From Felis catus (Eukaryota), in assembly GCF_018350175.1 (NCBI RefSeq), contig NC_058368.1, positions 216,196,001-216,260,000 of the forward strand: a stretch of DNA of 64,000 nucleotides, written 5' to 3'. Position numbers and translations under genes: made by a program. This document shows, piece by piece, positions 28,320-41,903 of the stretch (the first letter of the stretch is position 1; every line of letters begins with the position of its first letter). The notes beneath the pieces are model-generated. The model had not been told where the DNA came from. It was given only the letters and a program-made list of their open reading frames with translations, and searched no databases.

Positions 28320-29720
28320 TTAATTATGTATGAATTCAGTCAGTGAAGAATGAGCTTTAAGTCAACTACCTGCAAAGTACTCTACAAGGTATTAGTGTGG
28401 TAAATAAGTCAGAAATGCCCCTACTTTGATGACCCTAAAGTCTAATCAGGAAGATTGACAATGCATAAAATTATTTGGATAATTATAATACAATTATATT
28501 ATTATAATACAATTCTCTCTACCGAAGTAAACAGTGATACGGAAATACACTAAGGATACAATGGTTCAAATCGAGAAAGCAGCATCTTAACTGGGCCATG
28601 AATTAAAAATGTCCCTGGAAAAAGGAGAAGCATCCATGAAGGTCCTAAAGTGGAAAGAAAGGACCTGGTGCCTTTCAAGGAATGGAAATATGCCAGAGTG
28701 ACAGTAGCCCTTTCCAGATTCCTATGAATAGAACAGAAAAACCTGAGTAGACATGAGTCAAGACATCACAGACCGAGTTAATAATTTCAGACCTGGTTAT
28801 AAAAACACAGGAAATTGTTGCAAGGCTTTAAAATTGGAAGTGACGTGATCTGGGCAACTTTTAAGAAAAACACTATGGATCTGTGTAGCAATTCAATTAA
28901 CTTAAGGGTAAAATAATTGTGGAGAGTCTATCTTGGAGTCGTGCTAGTGGCTGTACTGATGAAAAGAAGTGGATGTTTTTGAGGAACACTTAACAGGTAA
29001 TATAGACAGGGATGTTGAATGGTTAGATATGCCATCAGAGAGAAATTTTAAGGGTTACAGTGACAAACTAATGGTGTGATAAATTAGGGGTTGGTGGTAC
29101 CATTTACTAAGTTCAGGAATGTTAGAGAATTTGGACAGCACAAAATATGAATACAAATTTGCTCAATTTCAAATTCATATATGTTAAATAACATCCTAGA
29201 ATTTTTTTTTGTTAATTCTGGGAATCAGAACAAAGTCTATACTAGAAATTAATTCCACAATAAGTTATGGATAGAGTACATGAAAAACCATGAGCATACA
29301 TCAGATTAACTAGAGACGATATAGAGCAGAATAAGGGAAGGAAAAAAAGTCTTACGGTACTTATTGTATGAAAATTGGATAATGGAAATGCTTACATAGC
29401 AGACTGAAATCTAAAGCCCAGTCAACTAGCACGAAAACAAATAAAGCTGCAAAATGAAAAGAGCTAAGAAGATAGTGACAACTTCGCTGAGTGTTAACAA
29501 GTGCTCAGGTAAGGTGGGGCTGAAAGTGCCCAAGAATTTTAGCCTCGAGGAGGTTATTAATGAGGTCATCAAAACATGTTACTGGAATGCCATGAAGTAG
29601 TAGAAGCCAGATTGAAGGACATGGGGGAATTGGGCAGAAAGAAAATTAAGAGCGCATAAGGACAATTGCCTAGAAATTTGCACCAGAAGGGTGATAATGA
29701 GTGGAAATGATCTGTGAGTC
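28320..29720 (+). mobile_element. L2 fragments
   Basis: Degenerate L2-like text (gaaaagaagtggatg, ggtggtaccatttactaag). Strand not firmly determined. Confidence 0.5.
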
Positions 29721-30461
29721 TTTATACAGAATAATTTTTGGCAACTAGAAAAACAAACAAAGAAAATGAACACTGGCCACCAGACACTCTTCTCTTCCTG
29801 AGTACTTGGTCTTGTTCATTTTGTCATCTAAATTTCTCTTGTCTTCTAGTTCTCTCTCGATTAGTTCTGTTGTCAGCTTAATTAATATTGTTAACATTTC
29901 TTACCAGAATAATTGTAGCAACCTCTTCCATGAGTTTTTTGCTCCCTGTATCCCTACTCCAGTATAGCCTCACCCTGCTATGGAAACAGTCTCTTCCTGA
30001 GAGAAATTATATCTATTTTCTGCTTCTAGCTTCATTGGATTCCTCTTTCCCATCAGTATAAACTTCAAGTTCATTAATTCCTTTATTCATATTCATATTT
30101 GTTTATATTAATGAGTCCATGGATATCTTCAGTCCATTGCAACTTCAGCCATGCATGAAAATCTTGAAGAAGCACTTATTATTATTTATTTTTATTATTA
30201 TTATTTTTTATTATTATTATTATTTAATGTCCCTTAAATCCATCAAGGAGGACTTTGAATACCTCATTATGTATTTTTATGGTAGTTCTCTCTCACCCTC
30301 CTTGGTACTTCCAGATTACCTATAATAAATCAATCACTGACCCTTGCTTCTTTTTTCAGTTTCCTTTGTTATGTTTTGAGGGCATTAACTTTTCCCTCTG
30401 GACCTCAGGATCTCCAGTTAATACCTTAGAAATTTTGTGAGAGAGAGAGAAAAAAAAAAAA

Positions 30462-30500
<39 letters not shown>

Positions 30501-31158
30501 TATATACAGAAAGAAATAAAAGGAAGGATGTGAGAGTCCTCTGTGTTGCTTATCAATAATTATCCAGTCCTCCCCTCTTTCTGGCTCAAATAGAAGACTA
30601 GACTTTGGACCCTTTTCAACTGAAGGTGGCCTATGAATTTTAAGTGGAAAGGGTACAAATAATTTTCAGTCTGGACCATGGAATTTCTGGTGCAAGACTC
30701 TGCTGAATGCCCTTTCTCTGTCACGATGACCATGGAAACACCTGTAGAAATGAGACTGTCTCAGCCTGGGATCATGAATGACTCTGGGGTGCAGAGCACC
30801 CTTCCTTGGAGGTGAGATATAGGAACGAACAGTATGATCCTTGCACTACAGCTAAACTAGCCTATCCAAACTGATGGCATGGCCCAGAAATCTTTGGGAA
30901 ATAAATGAGGAATAAGTGAATGATAATATGAATGCATGGATGAATGAATGAATGAATACTATAAAATGGAAAAAATGTGTTCACAAGATAAATATGTAGG
31001 AAAGATAAAGTGTGATATTAAGGTTTTTAAAAATAGAGCTAGAAATTGTGGTTAAATCAATCAAATTATTTAGAACTGAAACAAGTGCCAAAGGGACCAA
31101 CACTATAAGAAAAGGAAAGATGAAAAACAGTGAACTGAGTAAGAATCATTAAAAAAAA

Positions 31159-31366
31159 TTTTCATGTTTATTTTTGAGAGAGAGACAGAGACATAGACAG
31201 AGCATGAGTGGGAGAGAGGCAGAGAGAGAAGGAGACAGAGTCAGAAGCTGGGTCCAGGCTCTGAGCCATCAACACAAAGCCTGATGTGGAGCTCGAACTC
31301 ATGAACCTCAAGATCATAACCTGAGCAAAGTCGGACACTTAATCAACTGAACCACCCAGGTGCCTC
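31159..31366 (-). mobile_element. Can-SINE
   Basis: Antisense consensus. Confidence 0.92.
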
Positions 31367-33399
31367 AATAATTCTTGAGATTGAGTAAATGGAAGCTACT
31401 GGAAGATGTAATAGATCTATCCATCTGTCTGTCTATCATGTTTATAATAGCAAGCGAATTATTATACCCATGCATATATTTATGACATAAATATAATGTG
31501 GCATAGTACAATATAGCGTAGCATAATATAATGTATGATATAATACATGACAGAACAGAACAAAACATATATAGAACAAACAAAACAATGGGAATGGAAA
31601 GCAAGGAAGGATTTTGGCTAAGGTGTTTCCAATTGATCAGGGTATTAGCATTTCAAAATAAATCACTTACTGCATAGCAAATATTTCCAAATTTTCTAGT
31701 TTTTCAGTGAGCATTCTGTAATGTCCCAAGACAGTAGTCTGGCTTTTAATTGTGTATATTGTTTATTCTGTCAATATTTCTGTCAAACCCCAGATAATTT
31801 TTACAGTTCCATGAATGTCACCTGGCTATCTAGGAGCTAGCTTCTCCCTCTCCTGTAGTAAGATATGCTATTTTAAACCAAGTAGGGGATATATATGATT
31901 TTAAATATTCAAAGTTAATGAAAGCTTTGTTTTCTTACAGAAGTTTGCTAAAGATATCTGGTCAACAGACGCGACGTGCTATTCACAAACTATAAATTTT
32001 ATATTAGACATTAGCTAATACTGGTTTTGAAAGTCCTTAATCGACCTCCCACTGGAGATATTCTCAGCTTGACCGCCTCTGCTTAGTTCCTCTCTTGCCA
32101 CCTTGTTGTAACAGCTGATCGATTTCTCCCCGTGGTACTTCTATTGACTATTCCCCTTAATCTTCAGTCCAGCCTTTACAATGACAAATATTGGACCAAA
32201 GAGAAAAGAAAAAAAGTAAAATTCTTTTTTTTCTTTTCATTTCTGCTTATATGATCAACTTTTATCAAAATTAAGATAATCTGCAGAAATGCAACTAATT
32301 TCACAAATTTTCCATAATTATGATGAACAGCTTTTCCTCTCATTGTGTTGAAGTTCCTCATTTACAGTTAAGTTTAGAATATTAAAAAGTGTGCTTATAT
32401 ACCCATGGGATCCATTTACTACTTTCTTTCTGTTTGTTGATTTAATAGATTTTATTCCTTACAAAAAATATGTAAGTGATCCTTATATGTAAATTTTAAT
32501 GTCTCCAGTGAAACACCATCAGTAACTTACAACAGTTTTAAAATAATACATTTTCATTTCCCTTCTCTATATTAGTTATTACAGTCCAAAGTTCTACAGT
32601 TATATCATATTTTGTTTGAATCAGTTGGGCAAGACAAAATTAGTTTAGAGTATGATGGAAAGGTGATGGACTTTAAAATGTAATGGAAACTTTAGAAATA
32701 ATGTTAGGAAGAAAGACTCAGGGCAGATTCTGAGGATACAAACCAGATAACTTGAAAAATAACAATGATACTGTTACTTCCAGAGGAAGAAACATAAGAA
32801 AAAGTAAGAACAAATAACAAAAAAACTCTTGTTAATACACTAAATCTTGCCCTCAACCATTAGGATTATCTTCTTTACAATTAATTATTAGAAAAATGGG
32901 TGGACTTCAGAGTTCATTTGCATCCTAAATCTAGTTTTGTGCAGTTGTGTGCGTGCGTGTGTGTCTTGGTTTTAACTACTGGCTTCACATTTCACTCAGA
33001 TCATTGGATTGTCTTATTTACAATTCAAACAAAACGCAAGAGAAGTAAAAGTATTCATCTGTAACTATCAGCTGGTGTGTTGTTAATATTGTGTAAGTAA
33101 GTAACCTACCGTACAGCTGACCTTGCTGGAAGGAAAAGTCCGTTAAGCTGCAATGTCATTTACAGTGAAGAAATAGGGTAAATGAGACATAGTGTTTACA
33201 TATACTTTTATTCAAAGGGTATTAGGCGGTAGCACAATTGTAGAGATTGATAAAAACACACATCTATAGAAATAAACACAATAGGGCACCTAATTCTGTG
33301 GTAACATACCATTCCAAAATTGTATTTGCCTAACCAACAAGAAGTTTGTTTCACGTACATTTCACATACATCGCTTATCCAACATAGATTGTCAGATGA

Positions 33400-33680
33400 A
33401 TCTGTTCTTGGAATCACGCAGGGATGCAAGCTAAAGGAGGCTTACTTTTGACAAGTGCGTCTATGATCACCATGGTAGCGGGAAGTGAATGTGGTGAATT
33501 ACAAACTGGCTCTTAAGGCCTGTCACTAAGAATTTATATCACTTCTGCTCATATACCGCTGGTCAAAGTAAGTCACATGGCCACAGAAAATTTTTAAAAA
33601 ACAGGGTAGGGATGTGTAACTCTATCATGTTGCTGCAAAGACAAAAGCTGGAAAGATTTGGTGAACATCAAAGCCTGTCA
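33400..33680. mobile_element. Old MLT1 LTR fragment
   Basis: tcacttctgctcata...ggtcaaagtaagtcacatggcca motif. Confidence 0.6.
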
Positions 33681-33937
33681 TAGTCAGAATGTGGGTTCAC
33701 CAGGTGCTGCTCTTCACCCAGACACCATAAAAATAGATAGCATAATGGAAAAGTTAGCTCAAGAGTGGATATACAAATAGCTTACATAATCCCATGTGAC
33801 AGTGCTCAACCCGATTAGTATCAAGGAAAAGAAAATTAAAATAGCCACTGGAGTGGCAAAAAGCAAAACAAAATTTTCACTCTGCAGATGTGAGAGTAAG
33901 TTGGTCCAACCATTTTTAAAATTACATTAAAAGTATA

Positions 33938-34135
33938 GGGGTGCTTGGGTGGCTCAGTCGGTTAAGCACCTGACTTTGGCTCAGGTTATGATCTCACCGT
34001 TCGTGAGTTCCAGCCCCGCGTGGGGCTCTGTGCTGACAGCTCGGAGCCTGGAGTCTACTTTGGATTCTGTGTCTCCCTCTCTCTCTGCCCCTCCCCTGCT
34101 CATGCTCTGTCTTTTTCTGTCTTAAAAATAAACAT
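33938..34135 (+). mobile_element. Can-SINE
   Basis: Head plus (CT)n; TSD tttaaaattacatt. Confidence 0.95.
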
Positions 34136-34298
34136 TTTTAACACTTTAAAATTACATTGAAATGATAGAATAATATTGAAGATGTATATAATTTATGACA
34201 CAGAAATCCCACTGTGTTGCTTCATTACGGACCTAAGAAATAAGTTGAGGCGAAATCTAAATCTGTTAATAACATCCTAGTTAAGTTACTTATACAAT

Positions 34299-34329
<31 letters not shown>

Positions 34330-35139
34330 GCAAGTATATAATTATACAATTAATGACTGAACAGAACTAAAAACAGACTGAATACCAGAAAGACATTAGC
34401 AAGTGAGGACACTTGTGTAAACTTTGAGGCTGATAAGTGGCTGTCCAGTTTCGTTTCTTTGGCTTCTTAAGCAGTGGCCACTGGAACAGCAAGATATGAG
34501 GTTCTGGTTCATGGATCCCATAATGCCTCCCAACCCCAGACTCTACTGGATGGCAAGACTCCTCCACTTTTTTTTTTTTAGAATAAATTACTGTATGACT
34601 TTTAAAATAATAAAAATAAACTGACTAGCCAGACAGTAACAGAAATTTTTCCATACACTTATTGACTGAAACAAGCCATCAAATAACATACATTGTGACT
34701 AAATAAGAGGAAACCAAGCAAAATGAAATCATGTGTCAGATGGATAAAGAGGCAATATAATTTTAAAGAAAATTAAATAGATCATTTTTTACAAATTTTA
34801 AGATAGGGCTTATACCCAAGTCAGTTGCAGGTGGTTATGATAATAATAAATGAAGAGCTGGGGTCTTCTGCAGCGTTAACTATAAAAACAATTTTGGTAT
34901 CTTGTCTTCATTTATTTGAACCATGCCTATACATTTTTCTGAATTCTCCTTTACATTGCAATTCTATCATACATCATCAATGTATGATAGAATCCTAATA
35001 AAACAAAGATGCTTAAAATAATTTTAAAACATGTTCATCGGCCCGGCAATAAAATAAATCTAGTAATTATGAGTCAACTGCGTGAGAAACTAAAATCTGG
35101 AAAATATTTAAGATTATTATTTTTTCAGCGGAGAAACTG

Positions 35140-35330
35140 AGCCTCAGGTAGTCTGGATGAACTTCTTACCTGTGCTATGTACTAGCTCTTTGAACTTGGA
35201 AAAGTTATTTTGCATTTCTAAACTTACCTTGCCATTTATACAATCCAGATGGTAAGGGAAGCTGAATCATATGATTGTGGGGATTTAATAATATGTGATA
35301 TGAAAGTTGCTTTGCGGCATACTTTGTAGT
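35140..35330 (+). mobile_element. MIR
   Basis: actagctctttgaacttggaaaagttattt...gattgtggggatttaa core. Confidence 0.6.
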
Positions 35331-36232
35331 TATTAATATTTATATTATTGTTATATTATCATGATTATTGTTATTATTACTTTTGTTATTATTAAAACCA
35401 TCCAGTTGATAAGTAACTGATCAGGCACTGTTCTTGACCTTTTCTACTTGGCAATGTATCCCTCATTCCCCCTAACACATTCTGCGTTTAGTTTTCTCAA
35501 GGGTTGTGTGCAATTTCTCAAGGGTTGTGTGAAAGTTGATGCTTTCAAAGGCATAAATCATCTCTGCTAAGCCTCGCATGTCTAGGCAAACACTCCATTA
35601 TGGTGATATTAAATTTTAATTTTTTGGAAATAAAAAATATCCAACAAGAATAACACCCTCATTAGATGAAAATGCACTGCCTTCGGAGGTGATGTCAATA
35701 ATTGTACTGGGGATATTATCAGTACTCTAGAATCTTACAAGAAATTCTACCAACCACTAAGAGTTCTTCTTACTAATGTACTTCCTTATAAATAACAAGT
35801 CCGATCAAGTTTTTAAGTATGATCAGTTTTGAAATGTATGTACACAAGCCTTACCAGAAGAAAAATAATAGAAACGTATAGATTTTTTTAATAGCATGAT
35901 ATCAGAAAAAGCAAATCATGGTGGACGATTTAGGTTAAATATGCTTAGTGAAGACAGTCACCAATTGGTTCTTTCTCTATTTGTTGAATTTTTATGGCCT
36001 TCCTAATATTCACAATATTAAATTCATTGTGATACAAATGGATGGCCAAGGAAGGCAGAAACACACTTGCCTAATTTTAAAACTTATTTGCTTTTATTTT
36101 CCACTAGATTTCAGCTCATTAATTTAACACATTTTTAGCTTTGCAACCAGAATGCTTATTAGCATGCTCATAACAACATAAACAAGCAATACAAAATTGT
36201 GCTTTAGGTGGTTTAGTTAAGACTTAAACTTT

Positions 36233-36247
36233 CCACCAGATGGCGAC
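36233..36247 (+). promoter_or_regulatory. Candidate CTCF core motif
   Basis: CCACCAGATGGCGAC is close to the CTCF consensus CCASYAGRKGGCRS, in unique AT-rich DNA. Confidence 0.55.
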
Positions 36248-36787
36248 CTAGCCTCTAAAATGCTAGAGTTTATTAGTGAGACTTAATGTGAAAATTCAAT
36301 CCTTCCAAGAGAGTGTCTGAAAAGTTGAAATAATCAAACACAAACTATTTCATATCTTAAATTATTCAAAATAACTTGTTATATATTGAATTAAATTTTA
36401 ATTATTAAACAAATATCTTAAAATGGGGCTATAATAGTTTTGATCTTATTTTAACAATTGGACGTAAGAAATATTTTTAAACAACACTTTTTTAATACAG
36501 ATGACAGAATGTTATCATTAAATAACAAACTTAGAATTATAATTCCTTCAGGACGCACATATTTCAAAGTACTAGTCGTGTGGGGTACAGATCAACTGAA
36601 TCAAGTCATTAATTCTGTGAAGGTACAGATATTAAGAAAATAATCTCTAAAGCTAGTGGGCACACCCCACCCCTGCACTCATCTGAGGCCTGGCTAAAGC
36701 CAGCGGGTATGCGCAGTCCACACAGGCAACACCCCGGAGTGCCTGGCCAGGGGGACTTGTTCTGAAACACTTGGAGAGACAGCACTT

Positions 36788-37014
36788 GGGGGCACCTGGG
36801 TGGCTCAGTTGGTTAGGCATCCGACACTTGATCTTGGCTCCGGTCATGATGTCGCAGTGTCATGAGTTCTAGCCCCACATCTGGCTCTGCACTGACAGTG
36901 TAATGCCTGCCTGGAATTCTCTCTCTCCTCTCTCTCTCTCTCCCCCTACCCACTCATTCTCTCTCTCTCTGTCCATCTCTCTCTCTGTCTCTCTCAAAAT
37001 AAATTAATAAACAT

Positions 37015-37020
<6 letters not shown>
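36788..37020 (+). mobile_element. Can-SINE inside an old L1 5'UTR fragment (36655-37160)
   Basis: Head, (CT)n; TSD-like gagagacagcactt/gagagagagctctt. Confidence 0.9.
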
Positions 37021-37061
<41 letters not shown>

Positions 37062-37269
37062 CTTGACTGGCTAACACCTCCTAGACCTTGCACAGACAGG
37101 AAACTAAAATCCACCCCAGTCTTACTAGAAAAGGCCTATTTACTTGTCCTGGAGGGTCAGCATGAGGGGCAGTCTGCCCGTTTAGCACACATCTGGAATA
37201 GAGCTAGATTAAACAAATATGTAAATACACACTTCGTAATGTGGTATGAATTTAACATAAAGAATGCTG

Positions 37270-37560
37270 AAATGGATCTAAAAGAGGTAGCTGGGGGATG
37301 GGTAAAATAGAGGAAGAGATGAACAGGTACACACCTCCATTTAGAAAACAGGTAAGTTTCATCGAAGATGAAAAGAATAATAGTCAATAGTACTGTAATA
37401 ATATTGTATGGTGACAGTTGGTGACTACTCCATTTGTGGTGAGCATGGAAATGCATAGAACTGTTGGATCAGCGTTGTACATCTGAGACTAATATAACAC
37501 TGTATGTCAATTATACTTCAGTTAAAAAATATATAAAAGAAAGAACTAACTAAATAAATA
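37270..37560 (+). mobile_element. Carnivore L1 3' end
   Basis: ttgtatggtgacag...aatataacactgtatgtcaattatacttca followed by an A tail. Confidence 0.8.
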
Positions 37561-37871
37561 TAACGTATAATATAACATAAAACATGTTAATAATGGCTAA
37601 TATGTATTGAGGATTCATCATGTGCCAAAAATTCAGTGAAATGGTTTAAAAGCACTAGTTTTTTTTTTCTCTATCCTCTAAATAACCTTATGAAGAAGAC
37701 ACTATTGTTATTCCAATTTTACAGATAAGGAGATCAGCATAGAGAAGTTACATGAATTGGTCAAGGTCACACAACAAGCATATAGCATAAGTCCTAAACA
37801 TGGATTTTGTGACTCTATACTTGGAGCTTTTTTCCCCCTAGGTTATACTGTCTTTTAAAATAGAGTTTCTC

Positions 37872-37946
37872 AAAAAAATAAATAAAATAAAATAAAATAA
37901 AATAAAATAAAATAAAATAAAATAAAATAAAATAAAATAAAATAAA
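37872..37946 (+). repeat. (AAAAT)n flanked by the direct repeat agagtttctc
   Basis: Direct repeats at 37862-37871 and 37947-37956. Confidence 0.85.
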
Positions 37947-37957
37947 AGAGTTTCTCT

Positions 37958-38163
37958 GTGGCGCCTGGATAGCTCAGTTGGTTAAGGGTCCAACTTTGGC
38001 TTAGGTCATGATCTCACAGTCTGTGAGTTCAAACCCCATGTTGGGCTCTGTGCTGGCAACTCAGAGCCTGAAGCCTGCTTCAGATTCTGTGTCTCCCTCT
38101 CTCTGCCCCTCTCCCACTCGTACTCTCTCTCTCTCTCAAAAATAAAAATAAACATTAAACAAA
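37958..38163 (+). mobile_element. Can-SINE
   Basis: Consensus match. Confidence 0.93.
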
Positions 38164-38303
38164 TTTTAAATAGAATTACTCTGACCTCTCACATTATTTC
38201 CTCCTTTGATTTAATAAAATTGTATCTTAACAACGAAGTGGTAAAGCTTTCTTTCATTTTTGCTATAAATCCTTCTTGGATATAGTGTATTCAGCTATTA
38301 GCA

Positions 38304-38558
38304 TTTCCTTCCTTCCTTTCTTCCTTCCTCCCTTTCTTCCTTTCTTTTTTTCTTACTTCCCTTCCTTTCTCTTCCTTTTCCTTCCTTCCTTCTTTCCTTC
38401 CTTCCTTCCTTCCTTCCCTCTCCCTTCTTCTTCTTCTTCTTCTTCTTCTTCTTCTTCTTCTTCTTCCTTTCTCTTTCTTTCTCTCCTTTTTTCCTCTCTC
38501 TTTCTTTCTTTCTTACTTTCTTTCTTTCCTTCTTCCTCCTTTTGTTTTCCCTTTTTTT
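38304..38558 (+). repeat. Polypyrimidine tract (CCTT)n/(CTT)n
   Basis: About 250 nt, almost purely C/T. Confidence 0.95.
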
Positions 38559-39300
38559 AAAAAATAAATTTTACTTCTATCTACAAGTTTGGGTTAGCAT
38601 TTGTTTATTTATTCCTTTCTCAAGATTATGTTTTTAAGAAGGGATTCTGGGAATATCCACTGTCTTTAGTTCTTATATATATTTCAGCTTAGTAAAAATT
38701 GGAGCAAGTGATCATAATTGAACCAAGGGAGGATGCAAGGTTTTGTTATCATTATTGTTGCTGCTGTTGATTTCTTCTGTTCCTGGCTTGGAACAATTTT
38801 AATTTGATTTTAGACTCCGGTGGGTAGAAGGAATCTGTAGAAAGAGAAATTGACATAAGTGGGAGGGATTTGATTTAGGTACCAAAAAGACAGCTAGGTA
38901 AAGAGATAACAGGAAGACAGAAGTTGATCTTAGAATAAAAGTATACATCTTTCAAAAAACAAAGAAAAGCAAGAACAAGGATGCAGAGAAATTTCTGCTG
39001 AAAATTTCTGTCTTCTGCAATAAAACTGGTTAAGCAATGAAAAATAATTTAATTACAAACATGGGCATCTAACTACTTCACTCATTTGGAAAAAAAAGGG
39101 TGAGATAAACAACAGATGGCAATTTTAGAGAAAGGTTAAGAGAGATTCTGGTTTTGAAATTAACAATGTTGTGCATCTCAAGCAGTGAATACTAGGAAAA
39201 TTGTAATGAAAGCAAAAATGCAAAATTTGGAAGTTTACCTTTCTCCCTCAATAAATTCCATAATGTTGTGGTGTGCTTCTTATATTTATAAAATGACTGA

Positions 39301-39490
39301 GGGGCACCTGGGTAGCTCAGTTGGTTAAATTTTCGACTTCGTATCAGGTCATGATCTCACAGTTCATGAGTCCCAGCCTTGCATCTGGCTCGATGCTGAC
39401 AGGTCCGATCCTGGAGCCTGTTTCTGATTCTGTGTCTTCCTCTCTTTCTGCCCCTCCCAGCTCACGCTCTGTAAATAAACATTAAAAAAT
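39301..39490 (+). mobile_element. Can-SINE with deleted (CT)n
   Basis: Head match. Confidence 0.9.
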
Positions 39491-39789
39491 ATTAAAAATA
39501 TATACATAAAATATATGTAAAGAAAATGATAATTGGGCACATATATTTGAAAATTAATAAGTCTGTGTATGTTTAGATGCTACCATATTTGATGATTCAT
39601 CATAAGTGATAGCACTTGACGGGAACGAAAACAGAGAACAGCCACCCAAACGAGTGCATATAATCTTAAACACAAATGTAGATGCTTCATCTGTGATAGA
39701 CAGATTTTTATTACGATTTTACTTTTGTTCTTTTTTAACAGTTTACTTTTGTTTGCTTAATAGGCATTGATTATGCACTAATTTGCATC

Positions 39790-39955
39790 TGTACTGCCCA
39801 GTACTGTAGCCACTAGCCACATGAGTAATTCCATTTTAAGCTTAGTTAAGGTAAGTGTAATGCTATTAAATACTCAATAACTCAATCACAATAGCTACAT
39901 TTCAAGTGTTGAAGATCCACATGTGGCTAGTGGCTACCATATTGCTCACTGAAGA
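39790..39955. mobile_element. MER3-like hAT MITE
   Basis: Inverted ends gtagccactagccacatg ... catgtggctagtggctac. Confidence 0.85.
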
Positions 39956-39969
39956 AATAGACTATTTCT

Positions 39970-40507
39970 ATCGACCAAGGCGGCCTTAATGTTCCCTTCA
40001 GCTTCAATAAACTTTACACTGGTTGCTTCCTAACTTCAGGGCCCTGAACCCCTTTTTTAAGAGTGTTTTTTGTTTGTTTTTTTGTTGCTGTCGTTTTAGT
40101 ACTTGAAATTGTGAATTCTTTCTCTTCCACTTTGAGATATATGTAAATCTATTTAAATGCCTCTTGCCAGAATTACAACCTAGGAAAATCCTTCTTGAGG
40201 ACCTGAGAATCATCCCTTTGAAATGTAGACACCAAGTTAACACCAGTATCTCCCAGTGTCTGAGGGAAGGTAGGAGCCTAACTTCAGTGGCTCACTCCTA
40301 TAGTAAAGATAGGAGATTGACTTTTCCTTTGTGTAAGATCAGTTGGCCAAAACAGATGCCCTACCATCCCCCCCTCCCCAGAACTTAAAATTATCTCACT
40401 TTTTGTCTCCTTTGAGTTGAGTTCAAACTGATTTCTATCCTCTCTCCCCTTGAACAAAGACTTCCATGCTTGTTTACCATTGTGTGGTGCAATTGTTTGC
40501 TCTGACA
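39970..40507 (+). mobile_element. MER67-like ERV1 solo LTR
   Basis: ccttaatgttccc...taaacttta; catccctttgaaatgta; ggtaggagcctaacttc; ends ctctgaca. Confidence 0.7.
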
Positions 40508-40882
40508 CCATTAAAATCTAAACGTGTATGGCATAGTGGGGATCTATATTAAGGATGAGTAAAGGGAAAATATTCTGTTAAAATATTCTGATGTTAGAAC
40601 ACAGCCTTTCTTGAATTGTCAAAAAATATTTTTTTGTCTCTTCTTACGTGCTTTCATGTTATTTGTGATATAGTATCCATGTCTACTGAAGAAAAAAGAG
40701 CATCTTTACCTCAAAATGTACAAGATTTCATGACATAGTGACTTAAGAGCGACAGGAGTTATTGTTCTTTAAGTTACAATTTTACACTTCACTTTTCAAA
40801 ATAGTATTAGCGATATGAGATATAGAACAGAGATAACACAACTCACTTCTCAATCTTTAAAAACAATCAGTAAATCTTTTAC

Positions 40883-40971
40883 CTGAGGTATCAGCTCAAC
40901 AACTCCAAACTCGCCATCCTAAAAAAAGGAATTGGTGAGAGAAGTCAGGATTTCTTTTCCTCTTTCTGTGC
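40883..40971 (-). pseudogene. Candidate small exon with two alternative acceptors
   Basis: tttacttttactttacttagtctttgcag|G and an internal cctttttttag|GATGG, donor CAG|gtaaaa. The short form reads DGEFGVVELIPQ. Confidence 0.35.
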
Positions 40972-41867
40972 CTGCAAAGACTAAGTAAAGTAAAAGTAAA
41001 TATTTGAGCCCAATAAGTAAAATTCTTATTTGTTTGTTTAGTTTCTTGAAATGAGTTCAAAAATGAATAATGAAAATTATATGCTGTTGTTTATGCATGT
41101 ATGTGCTATGGGTACAGAAGCACACATGTACAGAAAACTATTTATATAATTTAGTAAATGGCAAAGCAAACATTTTAGTGCAGAAGATATTTTTAAAGAT
41201 GCCGGCTGGCCAAATTGCATCTGATATTATCATTATTGCATAAAATAATACCCATTCTATAGCATCTATTATTTTTGAGTTTCTTCGCTCTGCAAAGAGA
41301 ATTTGAAAACCCTTGTGTGGCAATGTATATAAAAACCTACTCTATTTTAACATGTCCACTCTTTCAGTTACCTGATTCACACCTTTTTTTTCCTTGACTT
41401 TATTTTTCGGGCCTCACAAAATGATACAAAATAGTTACAACAATACATTATGGATTGAATCAGAATAATAAACCTCTTCTCTTTCAAATGAGTCTTCATT
41501 TATGTTTCTAATATTTCAATGAGATTGCTTTTATTTTAAATGTAATCAGCATAACTGGCTTTGAGAAAAAGACATCCCATTCTTAGTAAGTATAAAACTC
41601 ATGTGGTAAAAGCAGAAGTTAATGGCTATCCAGAGGGGAGTTGACCTGCTACAGGCTTTTGGTGTACCTGAGGCATCGATCAGTATGATTGACAGACGCA
41701 AGGGGCCTCAACAACTAGTTCAACAAGCAGTTAAGTGAAAAAGGGTGGCTGATAAAGTTTGGCATATATTTGTTAAAATTATGCTGAGAAAAGTTATTCT
41801 TGTATATCAATATTGGTTAAATGGATTAATTAAAGATCCTAGGTCATTTGGTAATATTATAACTTAC

Positions 41868-41903
41868 CTTGTGTTGATATAGTGTTATCGTTATAAGAAT
41901 CTT
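41868..41903 (-). pseudogene. Candidate 36-nt phase-1 micro-exon (cytoplasmic-tail type)
   Basis: ctaattctttctag|AAGATTCTTATAACGATAACACTATATCAACACAAG|gtaagt. Perfect donor; open as xDSYNDNTISTQ. Confidence 0.45.

Noticed and set aside
35493..35531. 18-bp direct repeat tttctcaagggttgtgtg x2
   Set aside because: A single small tandem duplication, not an array or CRISPR.
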